This document shows positions 49,750-60,792 of a stretch of 64,000 nt of DNA, piece after piece. Each line of letters opens with the position of its first letter. Within the stretch, counting starts at the first letter, position 1. The DNA is from an uncultured bacterium (GTDB taxonomy: Bacteria > Zixibacteria > MSB-5A5 > GN15 > FEB-12), in NCBI GenBank assembly GCA_965372795.1, contig CBDVDR010000001.1:192001-256000 (forward strand). Reading direction: 5' to 3'. A program made the translations under genes and the position numbers. The notes beneath the pieces are model-generated. The model made no database searches and was not told the origin of the DNA. It saw only the letters and a list, made by a program, of their open reading frames with translations.

Positions 49750-50541
49750 TTACTTAGTTATGTTACGAGAGTTGATAAGATCAGTCAATTTCAAAAATTT
49801 TTCTGTTGAAAGTTCTTCAGCTCTGATATTTTCCGGTAATTGTAATATTCCGAACAATTCCTCTCCGGTATTTTTATCAGAAATTAGCTCCGGCACCAGA
49901 TTATTGATTAAAAGTTTCCGTCGTTGTTTAAAAGCTGTTCGGATAATTTTTTCAAACAGCTGAAAATTGTTAATCTTCGGGACTTTTTTGGGCAACAGTT
50001 TAATCACCGATGAAGTTACCTTGGGGGCTGGACGAAAATGTTTGGGCGATATATCAAAACAGATCGAAATGTCAAAATACAATTGGGTAAAAATTGCAAT
50101 CGGCGACCACTCTTTATTTCCTGGCTGTGATGCCACCCGTAAAGCCATCTCTTTTTGAACCATTAACACAGCCACATCAATCTGTTGATGATTCCTAACA
50201 ATCCAATCTATCACCGGTGATGTAATATTATATGGGAGATTGCCTATCAATTTAAATTTATCAAACAACGGCTCAAATTTTAAAATATCTTCATTGATTA
50301 TTTCAAGATTAGATTCTTTTTCAAACAGTTTCTTAAGATACGGAATTAAATCCCGATCAAACTCAACTGCTGTAACTCTACTATTAGAATTAATTAATCG
50401 GGAAGTTATCGCTCCCCGCCCCGGTCCTATCTCAACAATTTGATCATTTTCAGAAATGGAAAGCTGTTCAACGATACGGTCAATAATTGAATCCGATGTT
50501 AAAAAATTCTGCCCTAATCTTTTTTTTGTTCGATACGGCAT
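49750..50541 (-). CDS. rsmA: 16S rRNA adenine dimethyltransferase
   Basis: GQNFL, EIGPGRG, GNLPYNI, MVQKE, PKVTS, FKQRRK. Confidence 0.96.
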   Translation of the reverse strand: MPYRTKKRLGQNFLTSDSIIDRIVEQLSISENDQIVEIGPGRGAITSRLINSNSRVTAVEFDRDLIPYLKKLFEKESNLEIINEDILKFEPLFDKFKLIGNLPYNITSPVIDWIVRNHQQIDVAVLMVQKEMALRVASQPGNKEWSPIAIFTQLYFDISICFDISPKHFRPAPKVTSSVIKLLPKKVPKINNFQLFEKIIRTAFKQRRKLLINNLVPELISDKNTGEELFGILQLPENIRAEELSTEKFLKLTDLINSRNITK

Positions 50542-50543
50542 TA

Positions 50544-51320
50544 TTAATCTCCGAACAATTCAACTAATCCAAACAGTTTCTGGCAGGCACGGTCGGTAAT
50601 TTTCTCTACTTCTTTGGATGAAATATTTCTGAGCTCTGCAACTTTATCACAAACGAATTTTACATAAGCAGGCTGATTGGTTTTCCCCCTGAAAGGCGTT
50701 GGTGCTAAAAATGGTGCATCGGTTTCAAGGATAATCTTCTCAAGGGGCACTTCGGCGGCTACCTTTGCCATCGTTGAATTTTTATAAGTTACGATTCCGC
50801 CAATTGATATCAAAAATCCAAGCTCAAAAACTTCATATGCTTCCTCAACATTCCCTGGGAAACAATGAAAAACTCCACCACATAGTTGTAAATTGTATTC
50901 TTTGATAATATCAATAGTATCCCGAAACGCATCCCGGGTGTGAATCACTATCGGTAACTTAACCTCGCCCGCCAGTTCAAGCTGTTGATGGAAAATTTTC
51001 TTTTGAATATTTCGAGGTGAGTTGTCACGATAAAAATCCAGTCCTATCTCACCAATCCCGACTACTTTATTGTGAGATGCAAGTTCTTTAATTTCGCTTA
51101 GAATCGAATCAGTCACATTTTTGGCATCATGAGGATGTACCCCAACAGTCGCATAGACCTCGCTATACTTTTCTGCAAGATCAATTGAATATTTTGATGA
51201 TTTTAAATCGGTCCCGATATTGATTAAGGTATGTACTCCCGCTTCAACAGCCTCATTGATAACTTCGTTGTGTTTGCCTGCATACTGTGGGAAATCGAGA
51301 TGGCAGTGTGAATCAATCAT
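50544..51320 (-). CDS. tatD: TatD-family nuclease
   Basis: DSHCH, GVHPH, GEIGLD, IHTR, HCF, ETDAP. Confidence 0.93.
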   Translation of the reverse strand: MIDSHCHLDFPQYAGKHNEVINEAVEAGVHTLINIGTDLKSSKYSIDLAEKYSEVYATVGVHPHDAKNVTDSILSEIKELASHNKVVGIGEIGLDFYRDNSPRNIQKKIFHQQLELAGEVKLPIVIHTRDAFRDTIDIIKEYNLQLCGGVFHCFPGNVEEAYEVFELGFLISIGGIVTYKNSTMAKVAAEVPLEKIILETDAPFLAPTPFRGKTNQPAYVKFVCDKVAELRNISSKEVEKITDRACQKLFGLVELFGD

Positions 51321-53236
51321 CAGCTGATTTTTGAACCCGGGGGAAGTTCCGCTTCAGGTACAACCAGACAAAGTTTTTTCCCTTTTTTCGCTGCCAGAAG
51401 CATTCCGTTTGATTCCACTCCGCGAATTACTGCCGGTTTAAGATTTGTAACTACAACGACTCTTTTACCGACGATCTCATCGGTGGAATAATGCTCAGCC
51501 ACACCAGCTATAACCTGACGCTTTTCTTTACCGATATCTATTTGAAGCTTTAACAGTTTATCAGCACCATCGACTTTTTCCGCCTTTAAAACTTCAGCAA
51601 CCCGAAGCTGCACTTTTGAAAATTCAGCAATATCCAGCAAACCTTCATCACTCTGCCGGGCTGGTTTATCTTCCGGCTTATCTTCTACCTTCGCTTTCAG
51701 GCGTGGGAAGATCGGATCACCCAGAGACAATTTTATCCCGGGTGTCAGATCAAAAAACTTAAGGGAATTATCAAGGGTCAGCGTGCTATCATCAAGACCA
51801 AACACTTTTCTTATCTCAGTCATTTTATTGGGCATAACCGGATAAAGCAGGATCGACACGATTCTGATTGTTTCACAACAGGAATATAAAATCCCGCCAA
51901 GTTTTTCAGTATCGCCGCTTTTGGCATATTTCCAGGGAGCATTATCATTAAAAAATTTATTAGTCGATTTCACCAATGAAATAACATCGGCTATCGAATG
52001 ACCTAATCTAAAATGTTTAATATGAGAATAGGCTGCCCCAGGTAAACTTGCCGCCTGTTCCATCAATTCTTTCAATCCTGAAATATCATCTGATGGTGCT
52101 GGAAGCTTACTGTCAAAATTAACATCAATCATTTTAACAACCCTTGAAACAAGGTTGCCAAGGTCATTGGCTAAATCAGAATTATACTGAGTAATAAATC
52201 GACTGGCTTGTATGTCACCATCAACTCCGAAAGGAAACTGAGTCAATAACAAATATCGGGTGCCATCAGCTCCAAACTCTTCAACCATTTCATTAGGATC
52301 AATTTTGACTCCCAGACTCTTGGACATTTTCTTACCGTCTATGGTAAAGAATCCATGCAAAACCATTGTATCGGGGATTTTCATTCCAGCCGCCATCAAC
52401 ATTGCCGGCCATAATATGCAATGAAATTTTAATATATCCTTGGCCATCAGATGAACAACTTCACCTTCGTTCCACCATTTGTTAAAGCTGGCTTCATCAT
52501 CGGCATAACCAATAGCTGAGATATAATTTGATAAAGCATCAACCCACACATAGGCGACGTGATCTTTATCAAAATTTAAAGGGATTCCCCAATCAACTCT
52601 TTGACGTGAAATTGAAAAATCAGGTAAATCCTGTTTGATCAACCCCAAAACTTCACGTCGTCGTTCTTCAGGTACAATTAGTAATTCATTAGATTCAATC
52701 ATCTCTTTAATCTTTGGTAAAAAAGCACTTGAACGGAAAAAATAATTTTTTTCTTTTAGTTTCTCTGGCTCAGTTTGATGGTCAGGACAAAGCCCATCTT
52801 CTAATTCTTTTTCAGTTAGAAACTTTTCACATCCCGTACAATAGAGACCCTCGTAATAATCAGAATAAATGACATCTTCGCCATCATCAGTTTTAGCCTG
52901 TTGCATAGCGTCAAGAATTTTCCATACCGCTTTACGATGCCTGTCGGAAGTTGTTCGAATAAAATCATCGTTATCAATCGAAAGGTGCTTCCAGGCTACT
53001 TTATAATTTTTTACAATTTGATCACAAAATTCTATTTCACTCATACCCGCATCTTTGGCTGCGTCTGCTACTTTGGTTCCATGCTCATCTGTTCCGGTTA
53101 AAAAATAAGCTTCACGACCAGCAATTTTGTGAAATCTTTTTAACATATCTGCAGCGATGGTGGTATAAGCATGACCGATATGAGGTTTATCATTTACATA
53201 ATAGATTGGGGTTGTAATGTATATTGGTTTAGACAA
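51320..53236 (-). CDS. metG: Methionine--tRNA ligase with C-terminal tRNA-binding domain
   Basis: HIGH, GTDEHG, KMSKS, C-terminal ADKLL...ESNGMLL. Confidence 0.97.
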   Translation of the reverse strand: MSKPIYITTPIYYVNDKPHIGHAYTTIAADMLKRFHKIAGREAYFLTGTDEHGTKVADAAKDAGMSEIEFCDQIVKNYKVAWKHLSIDNDDFIRTTSDRHRKAVWKILDAMQQAKTDDGEDVIYSDYYEGLYCTGCEKFLTEKELEDGLCPDHQTEPEKLKEKNYFFRSSAFLPKIKEMIESNELLIVPEERRREVLGLIKQDLPDFSISRQRVDWGIPLNFDKDHVAYVWVDALSNYISAIGYADDEASFNKWWNEGEVVHLMAKDILKFHCILWPAMLMAAGMKIPDTMVLHGFFTIDGKKMSKSLGVKIDPNEMVEEFGADGTRYLLLTQFPFGVDGDIQASRFITQYNSDLANDLGNLVSRVVKMIDVNFDSKLPAPSDDISGLKELMEQAASLPGAAYSHIKHFRLGHSIADVISLVKSTNKFFNDNAPWKYAKSGDTEKLGGILYSCCETIRIVSILLYPVMPNKMTEIRKVFGLDDSTLTLDNSLKFFDLTPGIKLSLGDPIFPRLKAKVEDKPEDKPARQSDEGLLDIAEFSKVQLRVAEVLKAEKVDGADKLLKLQIDIGKEKRQVIAGVAEHYSTDEIVGKRVVVVTNLKPAVIRGVESNGMLLAAKKGKKLCLVVPEAELPPGSKIS

Positions 53237-53262
53237 TTTTAAGCCCTCACACGCTTTGTTAG

Positions 53263-54159
53263 TTATTCTTTATCATCCAAATTCTTAAGTTCTTTTACAC
53301 CGGCGTCTGCTTTTCGATATTCTGACTCAACGTCTTCTTCAACAACCTGAGGTCTGCCTGAACTGACATTTAAAATATCTTTGGCTTTTACTCTGAACGT
53401 GACATGTTCGGCATCCAGAATTACTGCTTCTTCATTGAAAATATCAATTCTCAAAATCCGACCATTCCCGCTTTCTGATTCTATAAATAATCCCGGAACT
53501 GGGAATTGACTTTTGATTTCTTTGTACACATCAGCTTCATAGCGTAAACAACAGAGCAATCGACCACAATTGCCTGATATCTTTGAAGGATTCATCGGTA
53601 AATCTTGATCGCGGGCATGTTGAGTTGTAATTGGTTGAAATGTCTTAATAAAAGAATTACAACATTGTTCTTTACCGCATACTCCATATCCGCCGATTCG
53701 ACGCGCTTCATCACGAACGCCAATTTGGCGTAATTCAATTCTGGTTTTATAACAACCAGCCAGATCTTTCACCAGCTCTCTAAAATCTACCCGGGAATCG
53801 GCAGTGAAAAATATCGTCATCTTGTTGCCATCGAGTTGTGACTCAATATCAACAACTTTCATCAAAAGTCCATGCTTGCGAATTAAATCAATGACTTCAT
53901 GTTTACAGGCTTTATCTTTTTCTAAAAGATCCGTATGACGATCGACATCTTCTTTGCTTGCTTTGCGAAGAATTGATTTTGGTTTATCTGTCTCAGAAAA
54001 ATCCAACTCGATATCAATTTTCTTACGAACTAAGCCTATGTCTTCGCCGCGTTCACATTGGACCACAACATAATCGGTTTCGATGAGATTATGATAAAAC
54101 TTATTAAAAAAGTATTCTTTTCTTGAACCTTTAAATTCAACTAAATAGAGCTCGGCCAT
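53263..54159 (-). CDS. ricT: PSP1-domain RicT/YaaT protein
   Basis: RVDFRELVK, RIELRQIG.RDEA, CGKEQCC, CGRLLCCL. Confidence 0.9.
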   Translation of the reverse strand: MAELYLVEFKGSRKEYFFNKFYHNLIETDYVVVQCERGEDIGLVRKKIDIELDFSETDKPKSILRKASKEDVDRHTDLLEKDKACKHEVIDLIRKHGLLMKVVDIESQLDGNKMTIFFTADSRVDFRELVKDLAGCYKTRIELRQIGVRDEARRIGGYGVCGKEQCCNSFIKTFQPITTQHARDQDLPMNPSKISGNCGRLLCCLRYEADVYKEIKSQFPVPGLFIESESGNGRILRIDIFNEEAVILDAEHVTFRVKAKDILNVSSGRPQVVEEDVESEYRKADAGVKELKNLDDKE

Positions 54160-54187
54160 TTTCTTTCTCCGTTAAAGGATAATTGCT

Positions 54188-55315
54188 CTAACGACTCATC
54201 CTTAAGTCAGACTTAAGTCTAAGAGCAACAGCCGTTAAAGCTCCCTGAATATGCACATTACGTCTTAAATCGGCAAGAGTTATTTTAATTTCTTCTGCAA
54301 GTTTCAATGATTTATTGGGATTGCTGAAATATTCGGACATCTTTTTTATTTCTACGGAAAAATCAATATTAATCAAATTGGCTTCATTTCCATCTATTGC
54401 AAAGGCGGCACAATCTCTTATCAATGATTGCCATAAATTTAGCAATTCAACCGCATAAGATCGATTTCTCATATCCATCATTTCATTCATATGCGAGACA
54501 AGATCATAGCTTTCCTGATAAACAAACGATTTAAACAGATAAAAACCTACCGAGCGACCCGAGGTATCGCTTTCATCATCCTGACTAAGCATTTCAATCG
54601 CTCTACCCGGAATTCCCTCACTGATTTTTGATAATAATTGGGCTTTTTCCTCTGAAACTTCATAGTTTGCGGTAAGGTATTCTGTTATTACCTGCTCAGA
54701 AACACGATCCAGTTTAATTTTTTGCGAGCGGGACTGAATTGTTGGCAAAAGCACTTCCGGTCGGTCGGCAGTTAATATAATTACTGTATCAGTCGGAGGT
54801 TCCTCAATCATTTTTAAAAGAGCATCAGCTGAAGCTGTTTTCATAAACTCCATCTGGTAAAAAAGTACAACCCTTCGTAACCCTGCCGGAGCCATTCTTG
54901 ATAAATTCTTTTTTATTAACCGGGCAACAGAAATAGGGATATTCACAGAAGAAGTTGAGGTTAATATTTTAAACGGCTCTTCTTTTTTTAGCTGTATAAT
55001 TTCCTGCGAGAGGTCTATTGCATCATCTTCCTTTTTGTGAGGCGGCAGAGGCAGAGCAAAATACAAGGCTTCGAAATTATAAGAAAACATATTATTACAG
55101 TTTCGGCATTCTCCGCAGGGAAGAATATTTTTATCACTAATCTCCTGAGGGTTTTCACAATTTAATAATGCTGCTAATGAAATTGCCATCATCCAATCGC
55201 CGGACCCTTCGGTAGCATGAAACAAGTATGTTCCGGCAATTCTATCAGCCTTAAACGAACGTGATATTATCCCCCAGGCTCTTGGTTGGAATTTTGAAAT
55301 ATCAAAAGGAATCAA
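54188..55315 (-). CDS. holB: DNA polymerase III delta-prime subunit
   Basis: PCGECRNC, ALLKMIEEPP, LLPTIQSR; holB-ricT-metG-tatD-rsmA synteny. Confidence 0.88.
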   Translation of the reverse strand: MIPFDISKFQPRAWGIISRSFKADRIAGTYLFHATEGSGDWMMAISLAALLNCENPQEISDKNILPCGECRNCNNMFSYNFEALYFALPLPPHKKEDDAIDLSQEIIQLKKEEPFKILTSTSSVNIPISVARLIKKNLSRMAPAGLRRVVLFYQMEFMKTASADALLKMIEEPPTDTVIILTADRPEVLLPTIQSRSQKIKLDRVSEQVITEYLTANYEVSEEKAQLLSKISEGIPGRAIEMLSQDDESDTSGRSVGFYLFKSFVYQESYDLVSHMNEMMDMRNRSYAVELLNLWQSLIRDCAAFAIDGNEANLINIDFSVEIKKMSEYFSNPNKSLKLAEEIKITLADLRRNVHIQGALTAVALRLKSDLRMSR

Positions 55316-56471
55316 TTCTTATCCATTTCACCGGGTCGAGCGCTTCACGACCCTTTCGAAGTTCAAATTGTGACATACCATCTTCGCCGGCATCTCCAAT
55401 TTTAGTTCCGGATAATATATACTGTCCTTCCAAAACCGAGACTATCCCCAAACCGGCATAAGTAGTATAATACTGATTGTCATGATTAATAATAACAAAA
55501 TTTCCATAACCCCGTAAATTTCCGATATATGCCACTGAACCGGACGCCACCGCAATAATTTTACGATTCGGTCGTCCTTTAATAGAAATGCCAGGCGAGA
55601 ATGATTTTAGCTTGGTAACCCGGTCGACCAGATTTCCAAATGGTCTTATAACTTTCCCTTTCATGGGTGAAAGTAACTGTCCTTTAAGAGATGCAAAAAT
55701 AGACAACTCGGTTTGACTGGCTCTTTCTTCGGCAAGTCGAACCCGTTCCAATTCAAGCCTTTCGATAATTTTTGCCATCTCTTTGGCTGCTTCCTCAAGC
55801 ATCATAATCCGGTCTGCTTCTGCCATTTCAAGCCGTCTGAGTTTGGTTAAGGTCTTTTCTTGCTGTCTTTTTTTACTCTTTTCAAGTGAGGTCGAAGTTA
55901 CTTTTTTCTGTTTTAACCTGTTGACCTCTTTTGTTTGACCACTCAGATCTTCAAGTTTAATGATTGAATTTTCCAATAATTCGTTCGCTTGATCTACATT
56001 TCCCGATTCAAATCCTGAAACCGCAGCCAAATACATAACTTGACGATTCAGTTCTAATTCTGAATTTGGTAAATCTACCGGACGGTTTTGAGTTTGACGG
56101 GTTAGGTAGTAAAACTGCCTGATATTACCGAGATACCTTCTTCGAGTTCGTTCGAGGCTCTCTGTATTTTGAACAAGATCCGTTTCGGCCGAATTAACAT
56201 TATTATTCAACAGTGATAATTCGTTATTCAAACGGCGGATTATTTTCTGGTTGGACGCTATTTTCTGATCATACTCACCGATTCTTTTTTGAACTCCCCG
56301 CGCTTCAGTTTTAAGAGAATCAATCTTTTCTTTACCGGATTCTACTTCTTTTTTTATTTTCTCTAATTCCTGTTTTTGATCAATAATGCCCTCTTTTTGT
56401 TTACCATTGCCGGTGACAACAAAAAGCAGAATCACAATCAAACTGAAACTTGTAATTTTTGATAATCGCAT
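55302..56471 (-). CDS. envC: EnvC-like murein hydrolase activator (coiled coil plus degenerate M23)
   Basis: Signal peptide, long coiled coil, GYGNFVIINH; follows ftsX. Confidence 0.85.
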   Translation of the reverse strand: MRLSKITSFSLIVILLFVVTGNGKQKEGIIDQKQELEKIKKEVESGKEKIDSLKTEARGVQKRIGEYDQKIASNQKIIRRLNNELSLLNNNVNSAETDLVQNTESLERTRRRYLGNIRQFYYLTRQTQNRPVDLPNSELELNRQVMYLAAVSGFESGNVDQANELLENSIIKLEDLSGQTKEVNRLKQKKVTSTSLEKSKKRQQEKTLTKLRRLEMAEADRIMMLEEAAKEMAKIIERLELERVRLAEERASQTELSIFASLKGQLLSPMKGKVIRPFGNLVDRVTKLKSFSPGISIKGRPNRKIIAVASGSVAYIGNLRGYGNFVIINHDNQYYTTYAGLGIVSVLEGQYILSGTKIGDAGEDGMSQFELRKGREALDPVKWIRIDSF

Positions 56472-56472
56472 T

Positions 56473-57330
56473 TTACCGATGAACTTTTCTTAATCCCAAA
56501 TAACCACTGATAATTCCCAGCAATGCGGCACCGCAACAAAATATTGCTATTTCTTCGATTGAAGGAAATATTAATTGAAACTGGTTAAACTCTATTTCTT
56601 CTTTTCCATAATAAATTAAAGCCCACCCTGATGCTGCTGAGATAAACCCAAGAAACATCCCTTCTATAATAAAAGGCAGTGCCATAAATAATTTTCCGGC
56701 ACCCAAAAGTTTCATCTGATAAAAACCGGAAGCTCTGGCGCGTGTCATAAATCTGATATTGTTAGCCGAACTTATTAAAGCAGTCACCAAAATTAATATC
56801 CCAAGAGCCATCCCGGTTTTTAAAATCAGAGATCTTGCTGACTCCGCTTTACTTAACCACCGCTCACTGTAGTAAACCTGCTCAACGCCATCAATTGATG
56901 CCATATTGCTTTCAATTACCTGCATATCTTTTATATTTAGATAATCAGGATTCAAATTCACTACAAAAGAACGAGGCAAAGGATTAGTTGAATCATAACC
57001 GGCGAGTAAATCTATTCCGACCATTCTAATTAAATCATTCCGGGCTGCTTCTTTAGAAATATATACAGTCTTTGATACTCCATTAATCTGTGATAAATCA
57101 AATTCCATAAGCGGCATTAACGAATCAGGCATATCTTCATGAACGTAAACTTCCACCTGCAGTTCTGAAAGAAGATCCCTATAAAATTCCTCTGATGTGC
57201 CGGCGGCAACCCAGAAAAGATCAAAAAGTAAAAACAGAAGGGTTAATGATAATAGCGAACTTAAAGTTGTACCCGGATTACGATACAAATTTCTCATCAA
57301 TTCTTTAAGTATATGAATTATTCTGATCAT
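56473..57330 (-). CDS. ftsX: FtsX-family permease
   Basis: 4 TMs, NPLPRSF, MKLLGA, PFIIEG. Confidence 0.88.
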   Translation of the reverse strand: MIRIIHILKELMRNLYRNPGTTLSSLLSLTLLFLLFDLFWVAAGTSEEFYRDLLSELQVEVYVHEDMPDSLMPLMEFDLSQINGVSKTVYISKEAARNDLIRMVGIDLLAGYDSTNPLPRSFVVNLNPDYLNIKDMQVIESNMASIDGVEQVYYSERWLSKAESARSLILKTGMALGILILVTALISSANNIRFMTRARASGFYQMKLLGAGKLFMALPFIIEGMFLGFISAASGWALIYYGKEEIEFNQFQLIFPSIEEIAIFCCGAALLGIISGYLGLRKVHR

Positions 57331-57992
57331 ACCAGCACACCATTCTCAAGCTGGTAATAATCGGTATTGGGAATTTCAGATGATGGACGTTCCGAACATA
57401 AAATTATCATAGATCTGCCGGATAGGGAAACTTTCACCAGATAATCAAAAATTCGCTCATAAGTCGTTTTATCGAGCCCGGCAGATGGTTCATCAATTAT
57501 TAATAGCGGCTGATTGGCAATAGTTGCTCTTGCATATTGAACCAAAGTGTTCTCAACCCGGGTTAAATTTTGAGGATATTCGAAGGCTTGTTTTAAAAGT
57601 GAAAATTCACTCAACATTTTAAACAGGCGATCTTTTTTCACAGCACTTCTTTCAGCCGTCAAGATCAAGGGAAAGGTTATATTCTCAGCCACAGTTAAAC
57701 CGGGAATTAATGAAAATAATCCTCCTACTGCCCCGATTTTCCTGCGTAACTTCTTAATCTGACCCCTGCGACGTGGTTTTACAAGTTCACCAAAAACTTC
57801 GACCGAACCATCTTCGGGTGCTTTTTCGCCTATAATAAGCTCAACAAGACTGCTTTTACCTGACCCTGCCCCACCGGTAATAACAACAGTTCTGCCCGCA
57901 TTTAGTTTAAATGAAAGATTCTTAAAAACAATGCTACCACGATCTGATTTCAGGTATACATTATTTATATCAATGACAATTTTTTCTGACAT
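57327..57992 (-). CDS. ftsE: FtsE-like ABC ATP-binding protein with degenerate motifs
   Basis: GGAGSGKS Walker A, LRRKIG, LTVAENI, IIDEP; stop overlaps the ftsX start; ATG 57992. Confidence 0.8.
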   Translation of the reverse strand: MSEKIVIDINNVYLKSDRGSIVFKNLSFKLNAGRTVVITGGAGSGKSSLVELIIGEKAPEDGSVEVFGELVKPRRRGQIKKLRRKIGAVGGLFSLIPGLTVAENITFPLILTAERSAVKKDRLFKMLSEFSLLKQAFEYPQNLTRVENTLVQYARATIANQPLLIIDEPSAGLDKTTYERIFDYLVKVSLSGRSMIILCSERPSSEIPNTDYYQLENGVLV

Positions 57993-58125
57993 ATCCCGAT
58001 CCGGTAAAAAACTAAATTGACAGACTAAAGTTATAAAACTATAATCATTAATATTAAAATTAAAGAAACCGATAATAATAAAAAGGGTACAAAGTTTAAA
58101 ACTTTTAAACAATTTAAAAACTATT

Positions 58126-59061
58126 ATGAAAAAAATACTACTTTTCTTAACAATCTCTATGATTTGCATCTCTGGTGCAGCTTCACAGGAATGGAAACCA
58201 ATAAAGTTTGCATCAAATGAAAATATTACAGGTATTTTCTTTCTCCATCCGGACACCGGCTTTGCAATATCAAGCCGTGGAAAAATTTCAAGAACCAACG
58301 ATGCCGGAAAAACCTGGCGAACCCACTTAGTCTCAAATTCCTTGAACCTTGAAGATCTCTATTTTATAAATAGTGATACCGGCTTTGTCTGCGCGCACAA
58401 GGGTGGTATTTTTGCAACTTATGATGGCGGAGTCCATTGGGTTGATAAATCTATCAAAGACTCGCTTCCTAATTTCTACGACATCGAGATGTTTGACAAA
58501 AAAAACGGTAAGATCATTGGCTTAACTAACCAGGAACCGAATAAATTTATGGGTATTGAAATAAATACTACCGATGGCGGCAACTCCTGGTCTATTCATA
58601 AAAAACAAGGAATCGGCTATAGCGAGATTTTTTACGAAGGAAATGACATTGCTTATTTTATATCCTTTGGCTCCTTGAATACTTCTATTGATAGAGGGAA
58701 AAACTGGACTATGACTAAAACCCATGATGGAGCTCCGGCAAGAACTGTATCATTCTTTGGTAAAAACGGAATTATTGCCGGGCTTAGCGGAATAGTCTAT
58801 ATGACTTTTGATGGAGGGGCTCAATGGCTGCTCTCACCCCAGGAAGATACTAAAACCTTTGTTGCTTCTCAGATGGTAAACGATTCGACCGCTTATCTGG
58901 GCGGCATCAATACGTCAATAATGCTCTCTGTTAATGGCGGAGCAACTTGGAAGGATGAATCCCTGACAAAACCTTTTGATGTCCTTGATTTCTTTTTGAT
59001 CGGTAATCGACTCTATGCTGCCGGGTCAGAAGGCGGTTTGGCGTATAAAATCGTAAAATAA
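58126..59061 (+). CDS. Secreted YCF48-like/BNR-repeat beta-propeller protein
   Basis: Signal peptide; six (T/S)x(D/N)xGxxW Asp-box repeats. Confidence 0.8.
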   Translation: MKKILLFLTISMICISGAASQEWKPIKFASNENITGIFFLHPDTGFAISSRGKISRTNDAGKTWRTHLVSNSLNLEDLYFINSDTGFVCAHKGGIFATYDGGVHWVDKSIKDSLPNFYDIEMFDKKNGKIIGLTNQEPNKFMGIEINTTDGGNSWSIHKKQGIGYSEIFYEGNDIAYFISFGSLNTSIDRGKNWTMTKTHDGAPARTVSFFGKNGIIAGLSGIVYMTFDGGAQWLLSPQEDTKTFVASQMVNDSTAYLGGINTSIMLSVNGGATWKDESLTKPFDVLDFFLIGNRLYAAGSEGGLAYKIVK

Positions 59062-59081
59062 TAATTATATTTTATTGAAAT

Positions 59082-59112
59082 AAAAAAGGCAGGTTTGAAC
59101 CTGCCTTTTTTT
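59082..59112. terminator. Bidirectional intrinsic terminator
   Basis: AAAAAAGGCAGGTT-TG-AACCTGCCTTTTTT between convergent genes. Confidence 0.85.
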
Positions 59113-59136
59113 ATAATCTAAAACCAAATGAAATTA

Positions 59137-60384
59137 TTAATCTTTCATTGATTGTAAAAAGCGTTCATTGGATTTAGTCTTTTTGATTCTATCTCTTAAA
59201 AATTCCATGGCATCAATTGGATTCATTTCAGCTAAGAATTTCCTTAAAATCCAAACTTTGGTTAAAGTATCTTCATCAAGCAGAAGTTCTTCCTTACGAG
59301 TTGAGGAACGGTTGATATCCATAGCCGGGAATATCCGTCTTTCAGCCAAACGGCGATCCATAACCATTTCCATATTACCGGTTCCTTTAAATTCTTCAAA
59401 AATAACTTCATCCATTCGCGAACCAGTTTCAATAAGAGCTGTTGCAACAATTGTCAGTGAACCACCTTCTTCGATATTTCTGGCGGCTCCAAAAAATCTT
59501 TTTGGTTTATGCAAAGCATTAGAATCGACACCACCGGAAAGAATTTTGCCGGAATGAGGCACAACCGAGTTATGAGCCCGGGCAAGTCGGGTGATCGAAT
59601 CTAAAAGAATGACAACATCATGGCCATGTTCAACCAAACGCTTTGATTTTTCCAAAACCATCTTAGCCACTTGAACATGCCGTTCGGCAGGCTCGTCAAA
59701 AGTGGAAGATACTACTTCTCCGTTTACCGAACGTTTCATATCGGTTACTTCTTCAGGACGCTCATCAATTAACAGAACGATCAGCTTTGCTTCGGGATGG
59801 TTAGCTGTTATTGACTGAGCTATTTTTTGAAGAATAATTGTTTTACCCGCTTTGGGAGGCGACGTAATCAAGGCGCGCTGCCCTCTTCCAATTGGACACA
59901 TCAAATCTATAATTCGAGTAGTGATCTCTTCAGGATCGCGTTCCATAGTAAATGCATCTTCCGGATAAAGCGGAGTAAGGTTATCAAAAAGAGTTTTATG
60001 TTTCGCAACTTCAGGATTTTCATAGTTTACTGCTTCAATTTTAAGAAGCGCAAAATATCTTTCATTTTCCTTTGGCGGACGAACCTGACCGGAAATTATA
60101 TCACCGGTTCGAAGATCAAATCTCTTAATTTGAGAAGGGGAAACATAAATATCATCCTGTCCCGGAAGATAATTATAGTCAGGAGATCTGAGGAAACCGT
60201 ACCCTTCATCCAAAATCTCCAGAACTCCTTCTGCTAAAATTATGCCTTCTGAAGCAGAAGCACTTTCCATAATTTTATAAGTTAGTTCCGATTTTCGAAG
60301 TCCCGAAACTCCCGGTATATCCATTGCTTCAGCGATTTTTAAAAGTTCGGCAATGGTTTTGTTTTTTAGTTCTGCTAATTCCAT
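59137..60384 (-). CDS. rho: Transcription termination factor Rho
   Basis: [39 protein letters not shown]. Confidence 0.98.
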   Translation of the reverse strand: MELAELKNKTIAELLKIAEAMDIPGVSGLRKSELTYKIMESASASEGIILAEGVLEILDEGYGFLRSPDYNYLPGQDDIYVSPSQIKRFDLRTGDIISGQVRPPKENERYFALLKIEAVNYENPEVAKHKTLFDNLTPLYPEDAFTMERDPEEITTRIIDLMCPIGRGQRALITSPPKAGKTIILQKIAQSITANHPEAKLIVLLIDERPEEVTDMKRSVNGEVVSSTFDEPAERHVQVAKMVLEKSKRLVEHGHDVVILLDSITRLARAHNSVVPHSGKILSGGVDSNALHKPKRFFGAARNIEEGGSLTIVATALIETGSRMDEVIFEEFKGTGNMEMVMDRRLAERRIFPAMDINRSSTRKEELLLDEDTLTKVWILRKFLAEMNPIDAMEFLRDRIKKTKSNERFLQSMKD

Positions 60385-60427
60385 AACTATACCTGTATTA
60401 AAAATTATTAAAATATTTTCTTATAAT

Positions 60428-60784
60428 CTATTCGTCCTCTAATTCTTCAACGGAAGCATCTCCCCAGAGCTTTTCAAGAGCATAAAACTGACGAGTTGAT
60501 TCTAAAAATATATGTACTACCACATCGATATAATCCAGTAATATCCAATTACCTTCTGAAATACCCTCTTTATGATATACTTTTACGCCATCTTCATGTA
60601 AACCATCTTGAATGGCGTTTGATATCGCCTTCACATGAACATCTACTTCGCCTGAGGCGATGACAAAATAATCGCAAATCGAAGATATCTCTTTGACCTT
60701 TAATATTTTTATATCGAAACCTTTTTTGGAAAGGGCCAAAAATCCGGCTTTACGTGCTAATTCAAGGGGGGGTAAACTGCTCAA
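60428..60784 (-). CDS. rsfS: Ribosome silencing factor
   Basis: DYFVIASG, WILLDY.DVVVH, FYALEKLW. Confidence 0.95.
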   Translation of the reverse strand: MSSLPPLELARKAGFLALSKKGFDIKILKVKEISSICDYFVIASGEVDVHVKAISNAIQDGLHEDGVKVYHKEGISEGNWILLDYIDVVVHIFLESTRQFYALEKLWGDASVEELEDE

Positions 60785-60792
60785 CTTCTTTC

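Noticed and set aside
55190..55235. Broken Walker A in HolB
   Set aside because: Delta-prime is normally an inactive AAA+ subunit
55302..55650. Missing zinc ligands in the M23 domain
   Set aside because: Expected for EnvC-type activators
57993..58298. N-terminal extension of the FtsE ORF
   Set aside because: Overlaps the divergent BNR gene and AT-rich promoter DNA; homology begins at MSEKIV
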